The translations under genes were made by a program, and so were the position numbers. From Candidatus Saccharimonadales bacterium (GTDB lineage: Bacteria > Patescibacteriota > Saccharimonadia > Saccharimonadales > EFPC-124): DNA of 15,973 nucleotides. Shown here piece by piece: positions 1 to 6,955 of this stretch (its first letter is position 1; every line of letters begins with the position of its first letter). The notes under the pieces are model-generated. The model saw nothing but the letters and a program-made list of their open reading frames with translations, made no database searches and was not told the DNA's origin. The DNA lies in the NCBI GenBank assembly GCA_035280785.1, contig DATEFF010000098.1:1-15973 (forward strand), written 5' to 3'.

Positions 1-1231
1 GTGCGTAGTTGCGAGCTTTGTAGCGAACAAGCAATGCCTGGAGACGTTCGTCGGCAAAACCAGGGTTAAAGTCCGCCAAGGTCGTACGGTCAGCGGCTCG
101 GACAGCACTCATCTTTGGCTTGTCGCGCTCATTCACAAAGCCGTCGTATAGCGCAGCATCGACGTCTTTAGCTTTGGGGAAGGCACCGTCACGAGTGAAG
201 ACAGCGCGCATTGTATCTAATATTCCAGCTGTGCGCAGCGCAGATAAGTGCTTTTCGACTGTGGCAACATCAAGTTTAATTCGTTCCTGCGTTGGCCCGT
301 CCAAAACGCCGAGTGGCGCAACGGCCGGGCACTTGTTGAGCGCCAATTCCTTGACCGGCAGCGACACGAAGCCAGGCTTCTGGCGGTCTTCCCACTTTGC
401 AAATCGAATTGCTTTGAGGTCATCCACCGTTTTGCCCACCCACTGAGTTGGGTCAGAGCGCAGGTCGTACACCAACATTGAGCCAGGGTTGCTGCCTGGA
501 CCTATTGGCAGCGCAACGGTCGTATGCAGAACATCCTTCGGGTAGCGACCAGATGCATATACAAACGGTTTGGGGTCGTCCAGGTTTACGATCTTTGCGA
601 CTTCCTTTTTGTCACGCATCTTGAGCAAGTGGTCAAAGATACGCGGCTGCTTTGTCTTGATAAGTTTGGCTACGCCTATCAGCGCCACAACGTCACTGAG
701 CGCGTCGTGCGCTTGCTCGTGGTCGAGGCCGTTGATGGCCGATAATTTCTCGAGGCGATTCATGGGCTGGCCGTTTTCGTCGAACGGCCATTCAATGCCG
801 TCTGGTCGCAAAGCGCGAGTCATGCGCACAACGTCCAACATGTCCCAGCGCGAGCGGTCTTCCTTCCAGGCCCATTCGTAAGGGTCATAAAAGTTACGAT
901 ACAACGTGTAACGCATAAATTCATCGTCAAAACGGACACTGTTAAAGCCCAGGATGATCGTGCCCGGCGTCAGTACTTGCTCGTGCAGCAAACGCAAGAA
1001 ATCCGCCTCGCTGTAGCCCTCCTCGAGCGTTTTCTGCGGCGTAATGCCCGTCAGCACAACAGCCGCCGGATCAGGCAGAACTTCGTCACTCAGAGCCACC
1101 AGAATGTTTATAGGGTCGCCAATCGGATTCATGTCCATGTCGGTTCGCTGACCAGCAAACTGCATGATGCGCTGGCGCTTCGGGTCAAATCCAGAGGTTT
1201 CGAGGTCGTAGAAAAAGAATGTCGGTTTCAC
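1..1231 (-). CDS. sbcB: Exodeoxyribonuclease I (DEDDh 3'-5' ssDNA exonuclease), C-terminus cut by the window edge; GTG start
   Basis: My own minus-strand translation from 1231 gives VKPTFFFYDLETSGFDPKRQRIMQFAGQRTD...ILGFNSVRFDDEFMRYTLYRNFYDPYEWAW...LDHEQAHDALSDVVAL...LVRYKARNYA. This tracks E. coli ExoI motifs (YETFG, NNVRFDDE, FYRNFYDPY, AHDAxxDV, YRARNF) along the whole length. It is absent from the ORF track because it starts with GTG and runs off the edge. An in-frame stop lies at 1252-1250. No clear SD, so the start is uncertain. Confidence 0.85.
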   Translation of the reverse strand, partial: MKPTFFFYDLETSGFDPKRQRIMQFAGQRTDMDMNPIGDPINILVALSDEVLPDPAAVVLTGITPQKTLEEGYSEADFLRLLHEQVLTPGTIILGFNSVRFDDEFMRYTLYRNFYDPYEWAWKEDRSRWDMLDVVRMTRALRPDGIEWPFDENGQPMNRLEKLSAINGLDHEQAHDALSDVVALIGVAKLIKTKQPRIFDHLLKMRDKKEVAKIVNLDDPKPFVYASGRYPKDVLHTTVALPIGPGSNPGSMLVYDLRSDPTQWVGKTVDDLKAIRFAKWEDRQKPGFVSLPVKELALNKCPAVAPLGVLDGPTQERIKLDVATVEKHLSALRTAGILDTMRAVFTRDGAFPKAKDVDAALYDGFVNERDKPKMSAVRAADRTTLADFNPGFADERLQALLVRYKARNYA

Positions 1232-1258
1232 TCCACTAGTGTAACGCAGCTACCCCTG

Positions 1259-1283
1259 CAAAACAAAAACGCCCGCTTGGGCG
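1259..1283 (-). terminator. Intrinsic terminator (minus strand) just upstream of sbcB
   Basis: The minus strand reads CGCCC-AAGC-GGGCG followed by TTTTTGTTTTG. The stem is short (5 bp, all GC) but the U tract is good. Confidence 0.45.
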
Positions 1284-1307
1284 CCTTTGCGATAAGTTCA
1301 TGAAAAC

Positions 1308-1321
1308 CAAGCTAGATAGAT
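1308..1321. repeat. Left arm of perfect 14-bp inverted repeat CAAGCTAGATAGAT
   Basis: Exact reverse complement of 1924-1937. It sits exactly at the AT-rich to GC-rich transition. Confidence 0.8.
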
Positions 1322-1923
1322 TGGGCGGAGCCCCCGGGCGTGTTGCCCGGGGGTCCGTCGTCGATCGACTCGTGGTCGGGGTCGGATGTCCGATGCGCAC
1401 GGATCGCGTGCCCGCTCTGTGGCGGAGGTCCGTCGTCTGTCCCCTGATTCCACGTCGCCGTCCTGAGTCGCGGACGGCGGCGGGGGCGTACCATGTTCGG
1501 TTGTCCGTTCCAGTCGCTGGAAGCGGTTGGAGCCAGAGCTCACCCGCAGCGGCTCGCTGCACGGTGGAACTCAGTAACTGGACCGAGACCACGGCCGCCA
1601 TGTGCCCCGCGTGGGCAGTGGCGTTGGTGTCGGGCCAGGTCGCGGCGGTCGCGCCGGCGGTCAGAGCCTGTGGTTGGTGGTGGGCGCCCCGTAGGGCCTC
1701 GGACTTCGCATCTCGGATGCTCCTTGAAGGTCTCGTTACTACTCTTGCAGAGGCTCTCTCGGTGAGAGGGTGAAGTCCTAGGGTTGTCGCATTACCACTC
1801 CCGATAGGGTGTTGATTCCCGCACATGTCGGCTGCCTCGTCGGTTGGCCGAGCCGATCATTCGATTTGGCGGGGCTTACCAGCGGCGCATCATGCGTGCG
1901 CCGTTCGTAAGCCCTGCCAAATT

Positions 1924-1937
1924 ATCTATCTAGCTTG
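1924..1937. repeat. Right arm of perfect 14-bp inverted repeat ATCTATCTAGCTTG
   Basis: Exact reverse complement of 1308-1321. Partial further complementarity continues inward (TTGG at 1917-1920 with CCAA equivalents near 1321-1324). Confidence 0.8.
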
Positions 1938-1939
1938 TT

Positions 1940-1973
1940 AAAAAACACCGATGTGCATTGCTGCCCAATCGGT
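1940..1973 (-). terminator. Intrinsic terminator (minus strand)
   Basis: The minus strand reads ACCGAT-TG-G-GCA GCAA TGC-A-CA-ATCGGT. This is about an 11-bp stem with one mismatch and a GNRA loop, followed by G-TTTTTT. Confidence 0.55.
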
Positions 1974-1984
1974 TAACAAAAGCT

Positions 1985-2013
1985 ATTTTACAAGAAATAA
2001 GTTCATAATGCAA
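1985..2013 (-). promoter_or_regulatory. Sigma70-like promoter (minus strand): TTGCAT - 17 nt - TAAAAT
   Basis: The -35 TTGCAT lies at 2013..2008 and the -10 TAAAAT at 1990..1985, with a 17-nt spacer. The predicted TSS near 1978 sits directly in front of the 1940-1973 terminator. Confidence 0.4.
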
Positions 2014-2028
2014 GAGTTTTTGCGGTGC

Positions 2029-2070
2029 GCCGGTGGCGGGCTGGGAACTGAGTCCCTACCCGCCACCGGC
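2029..2070 (-). terminator. GC-rich hairpin without U tract, downstream of the 2098-2436 ORF
   Basis: A 12-bp perfect stem GCCGGTGGCGGG / CCCGCCACCGGC with an 18-nt loop, 28 nt after the stop codon. No T run follows on either strand. Confidence 0.45.
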
Positions 2071-2097
2071 AGTGGCGCGCCCCAGAGGTGCTGGGAC

Positions 2098-2436
2098 TTA
2101 CGCCGGGAGGATCGCCTCGACCTGCGCGATCACGTCGTTGGGCAGCGCCGGGGACCCCATCGGGCCGAAGGCGGTGCCGCGCGCGACGCGGAACCGGGCG
2201 TAGTCGACGTGCTTGTTGGTCGGCTGGCCGCTGACCAGGTGCTTGCGGTGGTGCGTGTACGCGGCCTTGACCCGGAGGTCGGCCCCGTCGCGCTCCACCC
2301 AGCAGACCAGGTCGGTGACGTTGTGCGTCGTGTCCCGATCCATCAGGATCCGGTGGACACGCGTCACGACCCCCAGGGTCGCCAGACGGTCGTGCATGGC
2401 CTGCGCGTTGGCAGGCACCTCACGGTGCTGAGGCAT
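2098..2436 (-). CDS. Hypothetical 112-aa soluble protein encoded in GC-rich DNA
   Basis: In 2161-2220 the third codon position of this frame is 20/20 G/C, against 11/20 and 12/20 for the other two positions. GAGAGGGG lies 8 nt upstream of the ATG. The composition is protein-like (MPQHREVPANAQAMHDRLATLGVV...), unlike the overlapping plus-strand ORFs. I do not recognise the family. Confidence 0.7.
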   Translation of the reverse strand: MPQHREVPANAQAMHDRLATLGVVTRVHRILMDRDTTHNVTDLVCWVERDGADLRVKAAYTHHRKHLVSGQPTNKHVDYARFRVARGTAFGPMGSPALPNDVIAQVEAILPA

Positions 2437-2484
2437 GGTGTAAACCCCTCTCGATGAAGTCGCTCACACGGCGACAACCTTATA

Positions 2485-2512
2485 ATTCTACATATTTATG
2501 AAGTTTTTGCAA
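2485..2512 (-). promoter_or_regulatory. Sigma70-like promoter (minus strand): TTGCAA - 16 nt - TG-n-TAGAAT (extended -10)
   Basis: The -35 lies at 2512..2507 and the -10 at 2490..2485, preceded by TG. It sits in an AT-rich 75-bp spacer between the obg stop and the GC-rich ORF. Confidence 0.45.
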
Positions 2513-2537
2513 GTATAAGTTCAGGTGAGCTAAAGAG

Positions 2538-3833
2538 TTAGTCACCAAAAGTCATGGTGTGCGTACCAGAGCGACCGATTGCGACAGTGTTGCCCTCGGT
2601 AAGACCTTGGCGCTCGAGCTCATGCATAATGCCCATTTTGCTCATGATATCCCACAGGCGTCGGCGACCTGGTTCGCTATCAAAGTTAGTGCGAGCAGCA
2701 AACTTCTCAATTTTCTGTCCGCTTACTACAAATCGGCCACCGTCATGTGTCACCTTCCACGAATCACGCTTCTGGGTGTCGTCGAGACTAATAACTGGAA
2801 TGCCAGTCGCTTCCTCTTGTGCTTCAGCAGCTTCGAGCTTCTGCGCGCGAACACGCTTGACCTCTACATCTAGTGCGCGTAACAGATCAGTCAAGCCGGC
2901 ATGTGCTGATGAGGAAATAGCAAATAACTGAGTGCCTTCAGGTAGCACCTTGGCCAGTTCGGCCTTCTTCTGTTCGACGCCGTCCTCTGGGAGGCCCTCA
3001 ATCTTGGTAAGGGCAACAATCAGCGGACGCTTGGCCAGTTCGGGACTGTAGGCAGCCAGCTCGTTCTGGATAGTCGTAAAGTTCTCGGCGACATTGTCGT
3101 CATAAATGTCCACCAAGTGCAGCAAAACAGCGGTGCGCTCAACGTGGCGCAGGAATGCATCGCCAAGGCCCTTACCTTCGCTGGCGCCTTCAATAAGACC
3201 AGGGATGTCAGCAATTAGCAGAGAAGAACTGTCAACGTCGGCTACACCAAGGTTAGGCGTGAGGGTCGTAAACGGATAATCAGCGATCTCTGGTCGCGCG
3301 TTTGTTACAACAGACAGGAATGTCGACTTACCCGCATTCGGTAAACCAACCAAGCCAACGTCGGCCAGGAGCTTCAACTCGAGGATCAAGGTAAACTCTT
3401 CACCTCTTTCGCCGAGCTCTGCAACCTTTGGCGCCTGGCGAGTCGACGACTTAAAGTGGGCGTTGCCAAAACCACCATCGCCACCGCGAGCAACGATAGA
3501 TCGCTGACCAATTTCGGTCAGGTCGGCAACTAGCTTGCCTTCCAGATAGACCTGCGTACCAACCGGTACTTTAACCAACAGGTCGTCGCCGCTCTTGCCG
3601 CGCTTGTTACGCTTGGAGCCGGCTTGACCGTGCTCAGCGTCGAGTTCTTGCTTGTAGCGGAAACCCAAAAGCGTGTTGAGGTTCTGATCGCCCACAAACA
3701 CAACATTGCCACCGCGCCCGCCGTCACCACCGTCAGGGCCGCCTCGGTCGATGTATTTTTCCTTACGAAAACTAACGGAGCCATTGCCGCCGTTACCTGC
3801 TCGTACCAATACTTCAACTTTATCTACAAACAT
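2538..3833 (-). CDS. obg: GTPase Obg/CgtA
   Basis: N-terminal glycine-rich Obg fold (MFVDKVEVLVRAGNGGNGSVSFRKEKY...GGPDGGDGGRGG). G1 motif GLPNAGKST and G3 motif DIPGLIEGA. C-terminal OCT-type extension (FVVSGQKIEKFAARTNF...). Confidence 0.95.
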   Translation of the reverse strand: MFVDKVEVLVRAGNGGNGSVSFRKEKYIDRGGPDGGDGGRGGNVVFVGDQNLNTLLGFRYKQELDAEHGQAGSKRNKRGKSGDDLLVKVPVGTQVYLEGKLVADLTEIGQRSIVARGGDGGFGNAHFKSSTRQAPKVAELGERGEEFTLILELKLLADVGLVGLPNAGKSTFLSVVTNARPEIADYPFTTLTPNLGVADVDSSSLLIADIPGLIEGASEGKGLGDAFLRHVERTAVLLHLVDIYDDNVAENFTTIQNELAAYSPELAKRPLIVALTKIEGLPEDGVEQKKAELAKVLPEGTQLFAISSSAHAGLTDLLRALDVEVKRVRAQKLEAAEAQEEATGIPVISLDDTQKRDSWKVTHDGGRFVVSGQKIEKFAARTNFDSEPGRRRLWDIMSKMGIMHELERQGLTEGNTVAIGRSGTHTMTFGD

Positions 3834-3854
3834 ACGTTACGCCCCATTATACAG

Positions 3855-3885
3855 AAAACCGCCTCAGATTGACAGAGGCGGTTTT
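3855..3885 (-). terminator. Intrinsic (bidirectional-type) terminator after the LysM/CHAP gene
   Basis: AAAACCGCCTC - 9-nt loop - GAGGCGGTTTT, an 11-bp stem with A/T runs on both sides, 20 nt downstream of the stop at 3905. Confidence 0.75.
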
Positions 3886-3904
3886 CTATTTTACAAATGT
3901 GCTA

Positions 3905-5077
3905 CTAATGGATGTAGTTGTAGCTGCCAACAGACGAGGCAGGGACCGTACGGGTTGAGATAACATTCCAACCAGCGTAGTTCATGTCCGACACCAGCAG
4001 GCTACCATCGGCGTTGACGCGCTCGACGATACCAACGTGGCCGTAACCACCCCAACCACCACCGTTCTGAATGACGGCGCCAGCTTCAGGCGTGTGGTCT
4101 ACGCGGAAGCCCTGAGCACGGGCCATCGCCGACCAGCTCACAGCGTTACCCCAGTTACCACTGATCGGACGACCGATCTCGGCACGGCGGTTGTATGCGT
4201 AGTATGTACAGTAACCGTAGGCGTAACCGTTACCAGCTACGAATGTCGAACTGACAGATGTAGAGGTGACACTGCTCGAGCTACTTGAGTAGCTACGTGG
4301 AGCAACATAACCAGGACGCTCGTTCTCTGGCAGGACACCATCTGGGATGATGATCTGCGAGCCGACCTTCAGGCCGGAGAGTTCAGCGTCGTTAAAGGTA
4401 ATAATACGCTCCTTGTCGGCCTGGTACTTTTCGGCCAGCTTACCGGCATCGTCACCGCTTTTAACGGTATAGACAACACCAGTTACGCTAGGAATGGTCA
4501 GTTTGGTACCAGCCTTCAGCGAGTCAGATGTTAGGTTATTTGCCCAACGGACGGTGTCTTCTGAGACACCAAATGCGGCAGCGACAGACTTAACGTTGTC
4601 ACCTTCCTTGGTTACATAGCTCGTTACACCCTTGCGGCCAGTGGTCTGGCTGACGATCTGAGGCTTGCTAATGAAGCTGTTGTCGGTCTGGGCTAGCTCT
4701 GTCTTGCTATTGAGGGAAATAGCCAAGCTTGCCACCTGAGCGCTCACCAACATGTTGGTGCTCTCGGCAACAGAAGCGGCCACATCAGCAGCCGCCACCT
4801 GGTCAACGCTTGGCTTGTCTTGCTCGAGAATCGACTGAGCTCCAGCCGTCTGCGATGCTTCAACAGGTGCGCGATAACCAATGGCTACGATGGCAATGAT
4901 AAAGGCTACGACCACAACTTGAGACGTAACCAGGGCGAAATTCAACTTTTTAGTGCGAGCACGAAGTCTCGCTGCATTTTTAGTAGCAATCTCTGTTAGT
5001 TTTGGACTGGTTTGGGATACCGAGGCACGTTGTTGAGCCTGGCCCAGAGCAATATTGTTACTAATATGCGTCTCCAT
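3905..5077 (-). CDS. Membrane-anchored peptidoglycan hydrolase with two LysM repeats and a C-terminal CHAP (Cys/His amidohydrolase-peptidase) domain
   Basis: N-terminal TM segment (LVTSQVVVVAFIIAIVAIGY). LysM-like repeats (YVTKEGDNVKSVAAAFGVSEDTVRWANNL...LTIP and YTVKSGDDAGKLAEKYQADKERIITFNDA...IIIP). CHAP-like tail (GYCTYYAYNRR...GHVGIVERV...SDMNY). Confidence 0.85.
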   Translation of the reverse strand: METHISNNIALGQAQQRASVSQTSPKLTEIATKNAARLRARTKKLNFALVTSQVVVVAFIIAIVAIGYRAPVEASQTAGAQSILEQDKPSVDQVAAADVAASVAESTNMLVSAQVASLAISLNSKTELAQTDNSFISKPQIVSQTTGRKGVTSYVTKEGDNVKSVAAAFGVSEDTVRWANNLTSDSLKAGTKLTIPSVTGVVYTVKSGDDAGKLAEKYQADKERIITFNDAELSGLKVGSQIIIPDGVLPENERPGYVAPRSYSSSSSSVTSTSVSSTFVAGNGYAYGYCTYYAYNRRAEIGRPISGNWGNAVSWSAMARAQGFRVDHTPEAGAVIQNGGGWGGYGHVGIVERVNADGSLLVSDMNYAGWNVISTRTVPASSVGSYNYIH

Positions 5078-5273
5078 TATCGCTTGTTTCCAAGCGAATT
5101 TACTTCCGTTCGTGTCTTTCTTCCAATGTTTGTGTTGGAACAGAGATGTGTCGACCTTGAGTTGCTAACTGTGTATGTATTATAGCATCTCGTGCGACAC
5201 GACTTGGGAAGAACACTGATGTACGTAAAACACTTACTTTAGGGGCGTTTTACCCACCCGAGCGTACATGTTT

Positions 5274-5302
5274 ATTGTACCCAAGCTTGACATAAGTGTC
5301 AA
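5274..5302 (-). promoter_or_regulatory. Near-consensus sigma70 promoter (minus strand): TTGACA - 17 nt - TACAAT
   Basis: The -35 lies at 5302..5297 and the -10 at 5279..5274. This gives a leader of about 190 nt in front of the LysM/CHAP start at 5077. Confidence 0.6.
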
Positions 5303-5328
5303 TACGTTAGGACGTATGTCTACCCCTG

Positions 5329-6546
5329 TTATTCGGCGCAAAGTTTCGTACAATATCGGTCGATATTTGACTGGTGTTCGGCCTCTGTTCGAGCAAAGTA
5401 GGTCGTACCGTCGTCACCCGCTACAAAGAACAAGTAGTCACCTGGCGCGGGGTCAGCAACCGCCGTCAAGGCCGTAATGTTGAAGTTGGCAATTGCCCCA
5501 GGAGGCAATCCTGTATAACGACGTGTGTTGTACGGCGAGTCGATATTAATGGCCTCTTGTTGGCCCAAAAGTTCAGCCGCGTACATAAACGTTACGTCAG
5601 ACCCAAGCTGCATTCCATCTTTGAGACGCTTCTCGAACACCTGCGCAACCTGGCGCTGGTCAGAATAGGTCGACGTCTCCCTCTGGATTATTGATGCTAG
5701 CGTGATGCCCTGGTGCAGGTTAAAGCCCTTTGCGGCAAGCTGTGGTTGCAGGCCTTTCTCTTGAATCTTGGCGTAGAATTCGTCAAATGTGCGCACCAAG
5801 AGCTGCTCGGCGGTTGTGTCCGAGCTGATCTGATAGGTATCGGGGTAAATATAACCATCGAGGTTTACACCATCCGGCTTGCTCGCGAGCAATGCGTGGT
5901 CGTATTTTTTTGTGAAGGCTGCATCAATATCTGCTTCAGCAAATCCATCCTTTATCAAATTCTTCTTGATACCAACCAGTGTCTGGCCGGGCAAAATGGT
6001 GACATTAAACGTGTCGACCTTGCCCTCGACCAACCAGGTCAAGATCTCTCGGGCAGGCTGCTTAGGAGTAAAGAGGAACACACCGGCCTGAAGCTTATCG
6101 CGGTCGCCACTCTGGCGCATCAGTAGCTGGAACGCAAAACTGCTTTTGATAACTTCTTTTTGCTCGAGCTCGTCGGCGATCTGTTCTGGAGTCGCACCTT
6201 GCTCAATCACAATACGGATACGACGGTCTTCGCTTGATCGCGGCAGCAAGGCGTCGTTGTACCATGCAAAACCAGCAATAATCGCCGCGACAATCACCAG
6301 CAACAGCGCGCCCAAAATACCCAAAATCCACCACTTCTTACGTGACTTAGGAGGGTTTTTGGCCAGGATTAAAGGCGTCTTGTGCCCAGCTTCGAGCAAC
6401 TCTTCAGGGACGTTTAAAGGTTCGCCTTCAGCGGTCGTTGCCGAGGATTGGCGAGGTTGAGGCTTTTGTGGCTGAGGTCGCTTGGGCGGGATTGGAGGCT
6501 TGCCGTTACCCTGCCTCTTAAACGGTCGTAGTGGCTTAATGTCCAT
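5329..6546 (-). CDS. mltG: Endolytic murein transglycosylase MltG (YceG-like) with Pro/Gln-rich N-terminal tail and one TM segment
   Basis: YceG-like body (...VFLFTPKQPAREILTWLVEGK...DGYIYPDTYQI...ITLASIIQRET...VFEKRL...LGSDVTFMYA...SPYNTRRYTGLPPGAIANF). I prefer the ATG at 6546 because GGAGG lies 6 nt upstream. The ORF track starts 7 codons earlier, at 6567. Confidence 0.88.
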   Translation of the reverse strand: MDIKPLRPFKRQGNGKPPIPPKRPQPQKPQPRQSSATTAEGEPLNVPEELLEAGHKTPLILAKNPPKSRKKWWILGILGALLLVIVAAIIAGFAWYNDALLPRSSEDRRIRIVIEQGATPEQIADELEQKEVIKSSFAFQLLMRQSGDRDKLQAGVFLFTPKQPAREILTWLVEGKVDTFNVTILPGQTLVGIKKNLIKDGFAEADIDAAFTKKYDHALLASKPDGVNLDGYIYPDTYQISSDTTAEQLLVRTFDEFYAKIQEKGLQPQLAAKGFNLHQGITLASIIQRETSTYSDQRQVAQVFEKRLKDGMQLGSDVTFMYAAELLGQQEAINIDSPYNTRRYTGLPPGAIANFNITALTAVADPAPGDYLFFVAGDDGTTYFARTEAEHQSNIDRYCTKLCAE

Positions 6547-6955
6547 AAGTTGCCTCCATGTAATCATCTAAAATGTACGTCGCAGCCAGGGCGTCAACGT
6601 CACCTTTTGCGAATGGTTTTTTACGATTTGTCAGTTCTTGCTCGGCTTTTACAGAGGTCAGCGATTCATCCTGAAAATGAACCGACTGGGTAAGCCCTTC
6701 AAGCCTACGGGCAACAAACTGCCGGATCGATTCGGTCTGTGCGGTCTCTTCGCCCGACATATTGCGTGGCAGGCCAACAACAACATCGGTAACTTCGTTC
6801 TCGAGCATTAAGCGTTGCAGCCGAACCAACTCTAGTCCGTCAACGTCGAGGGTCGTGAGCGGCGAAGACAATCGTCCGATACTATCACCGATAGCCACGC
6901 CAATGCGTCGCTCACCCACATCGAGGCCGAGGAGTACGCGTTTACTTTCCGTCAT
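6536..6955 (-). CDS. ruvX: Putative pre-16S rRNA nuclease / Holliday-junction-resolvase-like protein RuvX (YqgF)
   Basis: The N-terminus RVLLGLDVGERRIGVAIGD and the ...VVVGLPRNMSGEE...Q motif are typical YqgF signatures. The gene overlaps its upstream neighbour by 14 nt and mltG by 11 nt. Confidence 0.85.
   Translation of the reverse strand: MTESKRVLLGLDVGERRIGVAIGDSIGRLSSPLTTLDVDGLELVRLQRLMLENEVTDVVVGLPRNMSGEETAQTESIRQFVARRLEGLTQSVHFQDESLTSVKAEQELTNRKKPFAKGDVDALAATYILDDYMEATYGH

Larger units (their letters stand above)
1308..1937 (-). other. GC-rich non-coding element closed by a 14-bp inverted repeat; candidate large structured RNA or non-autonomous insertion
   Basis: GC is about 68-75% per 60-nt line (hand counts). 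The codon-position class with the highest GC changes from line to line, so no frame is consistent. Every long ORF here is R/P/T/A-rich and runs into the flanking AT-rich DNA. There are many local GC hairpins, e.g. 1863-1920. The strand is only inferred from the flanking minus-strand terminators. Confidence 0.35.

Noticed and set aside
120-1303. Short plus-strand ORFs (68-108 aa) across the first 1.3 kb
   Set aside because: The whole region is explained by the minus-strand GTG-initiated sbcB gene, which the ATG-only, complete-ORF track cannot show.
1236-1826. Long ORFs in the GC-rich non-coding element (196 aa minus, 157 aa plus, and 81, 60 and 90 aa)
   Set aside because: No frame keeps the GC3 maximum across adjacent 60-nt lines. 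The products are R/P/T/A-rich. The 196-aa ORF runs through the inverted-repeat arm and the terminator into the sbcB upstream region. Such ORFs are expected by chance in stop-poor 70% GC DNA. A decayed pseudogene cannot be fully excluded.
1308-1937. Identification of the GC-rich element as tmRNA, RNase P RNA, a cobalamin or TPP riboswitch, or a group II intron remnant
   Set aside because: There is no T-arm/ACCA-type 3' end and no tag ORF. It lacks GGTAAGGGTGAAA-type and ACAGAACCCGGCTTA-type RNase P cores. The GAAGTCC/GGCTTAC similarity at about 1770 and 1875 is only about 100 nt apart and in the wrong context. GCCACTG occurs once but without the rest of the B12 box. I found no domain-V-like hairpin.
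1292-2006. 10-bp direct repeat ATAAGTTCAT (1292-1301 and 1997-2006), with a third ATAAGTTCA at 2515-2523, as possible target duplication around the GC-rich element
   Set aside because: A 10-mer match within about 900 bp of AT-rich DNA is near chance expectation (about 0.4). The repeats do not abut the inverted-repeat arms. They may instead reflect related promoter spacers.
1951-2457. 168-aa plus-strand ORF (and 2213-2431) overlapping the 2098-2436 gene
   Set aside because: Its third codon position is not the GC-saturated one. It starts in the AT-rich spacer, runs through the GC hairpin, and is R/G/V-rich. The minus frame has the SD, the promoter and a protein-like composition.
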